From assembly GCA_964540105.1 (NCBI GenBank), contig CAZILL010000001.1:1290063-1354062 (forward strand): 64,000 nt of DNA, written 5' to 3'. Source of the DNA: an uncultured Ignavibacteriales bacterium. GTDB taxonomy: Bacteria > Zixibacteria > MSB-5A5 > GN15 > FEB-12. Position 1 is the stretch's first letter; each line of letters opens with the position of its first letter. The notes beneath the pieces are model-generated. The model was given only the letters and a program-made list of their open reading frames with translations. It made no database searches and was not told the origin of the DNA. Positions 9,753 through 16,483 of the stretch are shown piece after piece. The translations under genes were made by a program, and so were the position numbers.

Positions 9753-10502
9753 ATGGAATCAAAAAACACAGAGCGCTACGAGATTCTGAGGCAACTCGCC
9801 CTTTCCGGAACCGGGGGAGCCGAATTATCGGAATTGGCAAAGGTTGCGCTCAAGGATACGGCCGCGCTTGTCGGACTTTCTGCGGCCGCCATCTACCTGT
9901 GGAGTGAATCGAAACAGACACACCTTAGCGCGCTGCACTCAGAGTCTGATGCCAGCCACAAACGTCTGGTCTCGCTAGAAGAGGAACTACTCGTCAATCT
10001 GCGAAACGAAAAGCAGATCGTCTCGGCCTATTTGTCGTTTGGGGGAGAGGCTCCAATGCAATCCTTCATGCTTCCCCTGCACAACGGACCGAACACTTTT
10101 GGAGCCGTGATCGGCATTCTGGAAGGTAAGGGGAGGCTCGTTACCGAAGATCTCTTCTTCGATGCTCTCAGCGCCGTGCTGTCACTTACAATTGCCTCCC
10201 GGGAAGTGGGTCTGACGAAAGATCTCATCGACCGGGAACGCCTTTCCGCAGTTCAGGAGACAGCGGTCACGGTCAATCATGAAATCAATAATCCTCTGAC
10301 TGCAATACTCGGGAATATCCAGCTTCTCCTCTTGAAGCGGCAGGACCTCGACGCAGACCTGATTAACAAACTCAAGACCGTCGAAGCCTCAGCGCTCAAG
10401 ATCAAAGATGTCACCCAAAGACTCCTCAGGATAACTTCGGTTCGCTCGACTGAGTACACCGAAGGTACGCGCATGCTGGATCTGTCCGGAGACGAATCCT
10501 GA
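9753..10502 (+). CDS. GAF-like domain plus histidine-kinase DHp (HisKA) domain protein lacking a catalytic ATPase domain
   Basis: 249 aa. The H-box is VNHEINNPLTAILGNIQLL, and the protein ends about 70 aa later with no N/G1/G2 boxes. Confidence 0.6.
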   Translation: MESKNTERYEILRQLALSGTGGAELSELAKVALKDTAALVGLSAAAIYLWSESKQTHLSALHSESDASHKRLVSLEEELLVNLRNEKQIVSAYLSFGGEAPMQSFMLPLHNGPNTFGAVIGILEGKGRLVTEDLFFDALSAVLSLTIASREVGLTKDLIDRERLSAVQETAVTVNHEINNPLTAILGNIQLLLLKRQDLDADLINKLKTVEASALKIKDVTQRLLRITSVRSTEYTEGTRMLDLSGDES

Positions 10503-10552
10503 CAAGAGAAAACGGCGACCGCCAGGGTCGCCGTTCAAGATATTTCCCTCTT

Positions 10553-11275
10553 TTACAAGTAATTCTCAGAGAGGGAGCTCAACTTCAGGTTCAACTCTAC
10601 AAGTAACGTCTTGTACTTAGCCATATCCTTACTCGTACAGGTTTCCTGAATCCTGACTCCGAGATTCGTCAGCGTCTCAAACTCCTGCGACATCTTATCC
10701 TTGGTTCCCTGGAGCGACTCCGGCAGCGCGCTTTCCTTCAGGATGACCAGCTTCTTGACCAGGGTCTCAGTTGATCCAGTAATTCCGGCAGTGTTGTTCG
10801 CTGGAAGATGCTTGTCAAGGATGAGTTGCGTTGTAACTCGCACCGCTTCGAATTCAGGATAGGAAACTGGAAGCAGGGCGAGAGCGCTGTTTTCAAAAGC
10901 ATCGTGCAGATCGGGCAAGAGCTTGTAGACCTCCTCTTTTGATCCCTCCTTCGCAGCTTTCGCATACAGCGCAACAAAATTGGCCAGCTTCTCGCGACTC
11001 TCCAAGAACGCCGCTTTGCGGACCTTGTTTTTCATCTTTGGCTCGATGCCGCGGATGGAGGAAAACGCCTTCTCGAATTCCGGACCGGCCTTGATGAGCG
11101 CGTCGTAGTCCTTATCCGGGTACGCCTTGTGCCAAGCAGGGGCAACTACCTCGTGGAAAACGCTGATTGCCGGATGACCGGCTTTACCCGCTTTGTCGGC
11201 GGGGCAGACGCTCGGCTCGGCGGCAAACACCCATGTCGCGAGCAGAACAAAGACAAATACCACAACGATACGCAT
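10553..11275 (-). CDS. Hypothetical secreted, predicted all-helical protein
   Basis: It has a signal peptide (MRIVVVFVFVLLATWVFAAEP). The sequence is Lys/Glu/Ala/Leu-rich and I recognise no family. Confidence 0.55.
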   Translation of the reverse strand: MRIVVVFVFVLLATWVFAAEPSVCPADKAGKAGHPAISVFHEVVAPAWHKAYPDKDYDALIKAGPEFEKAFSSIRGIEPKMKNKVRKAAFLESREKLANFVALYAKAAKEGSKEEVYKLLPDLHDAFENSALALLPVSYPEFEAVRVTTQLILDKHLPANNTAGITGSTETLVKKLVILKESALPESLQGTKDKMSQEFETLTNLGVRIQETCTSKDMAKYKTLLVELNLKLSSLSENYL

Positions 11276-11300
11276 AACTTCTCCTTCTCTCTATCTTCTC

Positions 11301-12449
11301 TTAAATGACATTGTTCTCGTGCAGGACAGGCCCGGCCGCAAAGCGTTCGGGCCTCAGTGGGGTTACGTCGATGGACGGTTTCTCTCCGGATAAAATCTCT
11401 GCGGTCACAATCCCGGCAGCCGGGGCGTGCATAAAACCATGTCCGGAGAAGCCTGTGACGTGGAACATCCCCTCGACACTTGGCTCAAAGCCGATGATTG
11501 CCTGATGATCTGGTGTAGTCTCGTACAGTCCGGCCCACTTATTGGCCACTTCTGCTGTTTCGAGCGCCGGTATCCGATCAAGGGCCCGTTCCAGAATCCG
11601 ATCAGTGTACTCCGGGTCAATCGAGATATCGAACGACGGCGCAACTGACTTGTCAGCCCAGCCCAGGAGCAGCCCTTTTGACTCTTTATGGGTGTACAGG
11701 CCTGACTTGACATCTACGACCATGGGGAAGTATGGTTGAACAAAGTCCAATTTACCGGTCGTGACGCACTGTCGGCGATAGGGTTCAACCCGTACATCTC
11801 CTCCCACCATTTTTCCTATAAGACGCGAATACGCCCCAGCGCAATTGACGATCAAAGGACAGCTGATATCGCCCCGGCTTGTCTTCACCGTCTTTACCGC
11901 CGCCCCGTTCAGGCCGATTCCTACCAATTCTGTTCCGAGCTCAAAGTCAACGCCCATTCCCCGATTTGCTCGTTCATAACCGGAGAGGAATTCGCTCGGG
12001 TCCCCCAGACCGTCGTCATGGCAGAAGGTAGCCAACTGGACATCGTCGGTGCGCACATGCGGAGCGTATTGGGCAATCTCATCGGACCGCAGGAGTTGGA
12101 CATCCAACCCAAGTGAACGCTGGAGTTCGCAGTTCTTTCTGTATTCGAGAACATCGTCCTCGTCGGTCAACAGGAACAAATATCCAACTTGATCAAATAG
12201 AGCCTCCTGGTCCGTCTCGTCTTTGAAAGTTCGGAAGCACTGTTCCGAGAGCATCGACATCTCGATGTTCACCCTGGTACTGAATTGGGCTCGAATTCCC
12301 CCGGCTGCCTTGGATGTCGATCCGGAACCGAGAAGCGGTTCCTTTTCAAGGACGATAATCTGCCCGAACTTCCTACGGGCAAGGTAAAAGGCAACAGCCA
12401 TGCCGATTATTCCCCCCCCAATGATCACAATGTCGGCTCTGCTTCGCAC
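11301..12449 (-). CDS. FAD-dependent oxidoreductase (DAO family; sarcosine/glycine/D-amino-acid oxidase-like)
   Basis: It has an N-terminal dinucleotide fold (IVIIGGGIIGMAVAFYLARRK) and DAO-family length and layout. The substrate cannot be called. Confidence 0.85.
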   Translation of the reverse strand: MRSRADIVIIGGGIIGMAVAFYLARRKFGQIIVLEKEPLLGSGSTSKAAGGIRAQFSTRVNIEMSMLSEQCFRTFKDETDQEALFDQVGYLFLLTDEDDVLEYRKNCELQRSLGLDVQLLRSDEIAQYAPHVRTDDVQLATFCHDDGLGDPSEFLSGYERANRGMGVDFELGTELVGIGLNGAAVKTVKTSRGDISCPLIVNCAGAYSRLIGKMVGGDVRVEPYRRQCVTTGKLDFVQPYFPMVVDVKSGLYTHKESKGLLLGWADKSVAPSFDISIDPEYTDRILERALDRIPALETAEVANKWAGLYETTPDHQAIIGFEPSVEGMFHVTGFSGHGFMHAPAAGIVTAEILSGEKPSIDVTPLRPERFAAGPVLHENNVI

Positions 12450-12614
12450 TTTCGGTCCTTCAGTAGACGGCTCTCAGGCACGTGAACTTTTTCACCATTT
12501 TACAAAAAAGCACGCCGAAGTCAAGCGCTTTCCAACCGCTGTTGTCTACAATGTCTGTGCTCATGCCGCTTTCTGAACCTTGCTCTCTTCATCTCCTGAC
12601 GGTAGATTCTCTCC

Positions 12615-14924
12615 ATGGCCGCCTTCGCACAACTCCGTTCCGATCTGATCATTGTTCGAAGCCTGGTTGACAATGCCCCTCTTTACACGGTCAAGGACGC
12701 TATCACAGGGGGATACTTTCGGTTGCGCGAACCCGAGTACTGGCTGATTCAGCAACTGGATGGACATCAAACTCCAGAACAGATAGCCCTGGCTTTTGCA
12801 GCGAAGTTCGGTCTGGCCATCACAAGCGAGGAGGTCAGCCAGTTCACGAACCAACTCGAAAGACTCTTCTTTCTTGAAGGTGGTCGCAGTGAGCAGGAAT
12901 TGGCACGCCGTGCAAGAAGGATGGGTGGTCGGCGATCTGTCCTGAACCGCGTCTTGTACATCAAGGTCACCTCGTTCGCGCCGGGTCGGCTTCTAGAACG
13001 CTTGTACCGACTCTATCATCCATTTCACAAGAGGACCTGGTTCTTTTTCGGATATGTCATTCTTGCCACCGGCTTGGGGTTGCTGATCGCTAATGCGGAG
13101 CAGTTCGCCGTGAATCTGACCGAACTGTTCTCGCTCTCCTCGATCCTCATGCTCCTCGTGGCTCTCTTCATGGTTGTCGGGCTGCATGAGTTCGCGCATG
13201 CAGTGATTTGTCGCCATTACGGTGGAGAAGTCAGGGAGATGGGCTTTATGCTCATGTTCTTCCAGCCCTGCTTCTTTTGCGATGTCTCAGATGCCTGGCT
13301 TTTTCCCCGAAAACTGCAGCGATTAACAGTGACTCTGGCCGGTCCTTTCTTTCAACTCTTGCTTCTGGCTGCCAGTGTTATCCTGTGGCGTGTGACGATG
13401 CCAGGATCGACGATAAGCAACCTGGCACACATGACAGCCATCGTCAGCCTGATCACGTTTCTTTTCAACTTCAATCCGCTCATCAAGCTCGATGGCTACT
13501 ATCTTCTCTCGGATCTGCTTGATATCCCCAACCTACGTCAGAAGAGTTTCGCCTATGTCGGTAACTTTATGAAATGCTACTTGCTCGGCTGGCCCATTGA
13601 TCCGATCTATCCAGAACGTCGCCAACGAACCGTCTTTTTTGTCTATGCCATCCTGGCTTCGCTGTATTCCGGTTTTCTCATCATCTATTTTGCTGTCATA
13701 CTCGCTCATTACGTTGTCGCGAAGTTCGGGGGGACGGGATTGCTCTTGTTGTTTGCCGTCGCAACGTTTATACTCCGTCAGGCAATGACCGATCTCGTGA
13801 GCGGGACGGTTCAGCATATCAGATTTATGAAAAGCCTTACACACAAACCGATCCGATTAACTCTGTACTTGGTTCTGTTCGCAGCGGCGCTTGTGTTGGC
13901 TTTTGGCGTGCCACTCCCGCACCGTGTCTCGGGGGAAATAACTACCCAGCCAGTCGCCACTTTTGCCCTTGTACTCAACCAGTCCGGCATGCTCGAAAGT
14001 TCTCTGCGCACTGGTGGGGAGATTCCCGACAAGAAATCCAGTTTCATGCAGATGACTTCAACAGAAATGGCCGTGCTCGACGTAATTCCTCTGGTGAAAG
14101 ATGGTCAAACCGCTCGGGCAGGCGATACGGTAGCTGCCGTGACCTCAAATCAAATCTCCCAGGAGATCGCCTCCGGCAAGGCTGAGCTTCAACGTCTGGC
14201 GGGGACCCTGACCCTCCTGAAGACCCCGCGCAAGCGTGAAGAGATAGCGGAAGCCAACGCTCAGGTAGAGGCGGCGAAGACGACCTACGATCAAGCCGTT
14301 CGCGATTTCAATCGCACCGAGGAATTGGTGGCGAGGAACCTTTTGGCCAGTGACAGGCTCGAGGCGGCTCGCGCCACGATGGAAGTATCCAAAGCGCAGC
14401 TCAACAACCGACGATTCGCACTCGATCTCCTGAAGTCACCGCCTCGCCCGGAAGAGGAGGCTGTTCTCCTTCGCGAGATCGACAAACAAAACGCGCATCT
14501 CGATTTTCTGGAGCAGCAGTCTCGCGCTCAAAAGGTCATCGCACCGATTGGCGGGATTATCGCGGCCACACGTCGCGCTGATACCATCATGACAATCACC
14601 GACTTGACCATTATCGAGATTCAAGTGCCTGTTTCCGACTTCGACATTAACCTCGTCAAGCACGGCCAGAACGTGAGCGTGAAAGTGCGTTCTTACCCCG
14701 ACCGGGTCTTTGCGGGACAGGTTGTACGTGTGCCCCGTTCGGCAGCGACGAATGTCGAGGGGATTCGTTTCCCTGTCGCAGTTGTGATTGACAATGGCGA
14801 CGCTTCACTTTCACAGGGCATGACGGGCTATGCGAAAATCGAGGTGGGGAAGAGGTCACTCGCGAATCTCGTCTTGCGAAAGCTCCTTTCCACTCTTCGA
14901 GTGGAGTTCTGGTCCTGGTGGTAA
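12615..14924 (+). CDS. Fusion protein: PqqD/RRE-like N-terminal domain, peptidase M50 (site-2 protease family) membrane core, and HlyD-type periplasmic adaptor domain
   Basis: The N-terminus (YFRLREPEYWLIQQLDGHQTPEQIALAFAAKFGLAITSEEVSQFTNQLERLFFLEG) has PqqD-like spacing. The M50 motifs HEFAHAVICRHYGG and FNFNPLIKLDGYY sit in a multi-TM region. The C-terminal ~330 aa have a long coiled coil plus beta-barrel segments (VIAPIGGIIA...), as in HlyD-family adaptors. Confidence 0.8.
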   Translation: MAAFAQLRSDLIIVRSLVDNAPLYTVKDAITGGYFRLREPEYWLIQQLDGHQTPEQIALAFAAKFGLAITSEEVSQFTNQLERLFFLEGGRSEQELARRARRMGGRRSVLNRVLYIKVTSFAPGRLLERLYRLYHPFHKRTWFFFGYVILATGLGLLIANAEQFAVNLTELFSLSSILMLLVALFMVVGLHEFAHAVICRHYGGEVREMGFMLMFFQPCFFCDVSDAWLFPRKLQRLTVTLAGPFFQLLLLAASVILWRVTMPGSTISNLAHMTAIVSLITFLFNFNPLIKLDGYYLLSDLLDIPNLRQKSFAYVGNFMKCYLLGWPIDPIYPERRQRTVFFVYAILASLYSGFLIIYFAVILAHYVVAKFGGTGLLLLFAVATFILRQAMTDLVSGTVQHIRFMKSLTHKPIRLTLYLVLFAAALVLAFGVPLPHRVSGEITTQPVATFALVLNQSGMLESSLRTGGEIPDKKSSFMQMTSTEMAVLDVIPLVKDGQTARAGDTVAAVTSNQISQEIASGKAELQRLAGTLTLLKTPRKREEIAEANAQVEAAKTTYDQAVRDFNRTEELVARNLLASDRLEAARATMEVSKAQLNNRRFALDLLKSPPRPEEEAVLLREIDKQNAHLDFLEQQSRAQKVIAPIGGIIAATRRADTIMTITDLTIIEIQVPVSDFDINLVKHGQNVSVKVRSYPDRVFAGQVVRVPRSAATNVEGIRFPVAVVIDNGDASLSQGMTGYAKIEVGKRSLANLVLRKLLSTLRVEFWSWW

Positions 14925-15065
14925 GCGATGCTTCACTGAGTCTTGCGTGGTCGGGGTGCATGCGCTCCACATTCTCGTTGCTCAGAGAAGGGAAATATTT
15001 TCCGATTGGTGTGCGATCCCGTTTTCGCACTCGCCTGAAACAAGATGAGTGAAATCTATTTTCTC

Positions 15066-15093
15066 TTGACAGAATGCGAGCTGAGCGTATATT
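15066..15093 (+). promoter_or_regulatory. Sigma70-like promoter for the micro-ORF transcript
   Basis: TTGACA (15066-15071), a 16-nt spacer, then TATATT (15088-15093). Confidence 0.5.
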
Positions 15094-15182
15094 AAACCTG
15101 AAGAGCGACATTTGACGTTTTGGAATAAACTCCTCGCATGACGTGAGGAGCTCGCATTAACGCACACGAAGGAGGTGAGTGG

Positions 15183-15260
15183 ATGACCAATTACAAGCTG
15201 ACCGTCGAGGTTCTCGAGACTCGCGTTGCTCCCATTGGCATTAGCTTGGGCGGCCAGTAG
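15183..15260 (+). CDS. 25-codon micro-ORF (MTNYKLTVEVLETRVAPIGISLGGQ); candidate small secreted, precursor or regulatory peptide
   Basis: A perfect extended SD sequence, AAGGAGGTGA (15169-15178), lies 4 nt upstream of the ATG, so the GGAGG core is 7 nt away. The ORF has its own promoter upstream and an intrinsic terminator downstream. It was not in the ORF track because it is below the length cutoff. Confidence 0.4.
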   Translation: MTNYKLTVEVLETRVAPIGISLGGQ

Positions 15261-15292
15261 TCCTCGTCGGATTGCTAGCTTCGAGTTCTACA

Positions 15293-15320
15293 AAGGGCAG
15301 GTGTACAGCCTGCCCTTTCT
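15293..15320 (+). terminator. Rho-independent terminator of the micro-ORF transcript
   Basis: AAGGGCAGG-tgtacag-CCTGCCCTT followed by TCT, i.e. a GC-rich 7-9 bp stem plus a T-rich tail. Confidence 0.6.
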
Positions 15321-15605
15321 ATGTCGGCACTATCTCTTCACTCTGAATCCTCATCATGTAGCTCACCCGTATTGATTTCGCTTGGACGAATTTCGAAAGA
15401 TCAACCGACGTTCACGTCGTCTGGCGTCGTAAATTCCCGCTTGACTTGCAATCCAATAGCAAGCTAATTAAAGACTTAGGCTGGTTTCACCTGTTGCGGC
15501 AGCGGCTGTAATCATGCCCAGATCAGCGGCTCTGCTTTCTGGACGGGTGACCAGGCGTACAAGGTACGCATGAGAAAACGTTGAGATCATGTGGAGATGT
15601 GCCGA

Positions 15606-15944
15606 ATGAAACTAAACGACCGAGTTCAGGAAGGGATCGTGATTCTTGAACCCAAGGGGAAGATCATGGGCGGCCCGGACGCCAGCCTACTGAGTGACAA
15701 ACTCTACGAGTACATCAAGCAGAGCAGGAAGAAAGTGGTGATCGATCTGGCTAAAGTGGACTGGATGAACTCCACGGGACTGGGTATCTTGATCTCAGGC
15801 TACACCACCCTTCGCAACAATGAGGGAACCCTCAAGCTCGCCAACGTAACGGAAAAGATACAATCGCTCCTGACCATCACCAAACTGATCACCGTCTTTG
15901 AATCATACGATTCCGTTGACGACGCGGTCAATTCATTCCGATGA
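15606..15944 (+). CDS. Anti-sigma factor antagonist (STAS domain, SpoIIAA/RsbV-like)
   Basis: It has STAS length and pattern, with a conserved phosphorylatable Ser context (DWMNSTGLGILIS). The ORF track starts at 15591 (GTG), and ATG codons occur at 15597 and 15606. Confidence 0.85.
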   Translation: MKLNDRVQEGIVILEPKGKIMGGPDASLLSDKLYEYIKQSRKKVVIDLAKVDWMNSTGLGILISGYTTLRNNEGTLKLANVTEKIQSLLTITKLITVFESYDSVDDAVNSFR

Positions 15945-15981
15945 TCGATGCGTAAAGAATAAAGGTATTCATCAGAACCCG

Positions 15982-16016
15982 ACAGGTAGGCGTCAGCGCG
16001 TCTGCCTGTTTTCTTG
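15982..16016 (+). terminator. Intra-operon hairpin plus T-tract (partial terminator or attenuator) between the STAS gene and the kinase gene
   Basis: ACAGGTAGGCG-tcagcg-CGTCTGCCTGT forms an 11 bp stem with 2 G-U pairs, followed by TTTTCTT. Confidence 0.45.
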
Positions 16017-16029
16017 AGGTCTTGACAGC

Positions 16030-16449
16030 ATGGACAAACCAATCATAACCGGGGACACCATCATCGTCCCTTCGAATCAAGAGCACCTGGCCGATGTTGA
16101 CCTTTTCATCGAGAGCATCCTTCGTGGCTACGGTGTTGACGAGTCGACCATTGCGGATATCGCCATCTCTGTGTCCGAACTTGTCAACAACGCCATCGTC
16201 CACGGCAATAAGTTGCTGAATGAGAAGGCAGTAACTGTTGGCATCAGTCGGCAGGACGGGACGGTCAGAATCTCCGTCCGTGATCAGGGGACCGGTTTCA
16301 ATCCTGACACGATTGCCGATCCGATCGATGAGAACAACCTATTGAAAGAAGTGGGGCGGGGCATCTTTATTGTTCGGCAACTGATGGATGCCGTCGACAT
16401 TACGGCAACGGCGACGGGCACAACCATTATTATCACCAAGTCGATTTAA
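16030..16449 (+). CDS. Anti-sigma regulatory factor, Ser/Thr protein kinase (RsbW/SpoIIAB-like, HATPase_c_2)
   Basis: 139 aa, with an N-box (SELVNNAIVHGN), a G1 box (VRDQGTGFN) and a G2 box (GRGIFIVRQLMD). Confidence 0.85.
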   Translation: MDKPIITGDTIIVPSNQEHLADVDLFIESILRGYGVDESTIADIAISVSELVNNAIVHGNKLLNEKAVTVGISRQDGTVRISVRDQGTGFNPDTIADPIDENNLLKEVGRGIFIVRQLMDAVDITATATGTTIIITKSI

Positions 16450-16483
16450 CGCAAGCCTCTCATGGGCCGGTAAGTGGTATTCC

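Noticed and set aside
15183-15278. I considered reading the micro-ORF as a double-glycine leader peptide, or as a longer product made by read-through of the TAG. The in-frame continuation is SSSDC followed by a second TAG.
   Set aside because: Cleavage after GG would leave one residue. There is no C39-peptidase ABC exporter in the window, and no evidence for stop-codon recoding (no pyl genes or context). It is kept only as a remark; the ORF as written is the supported reading.
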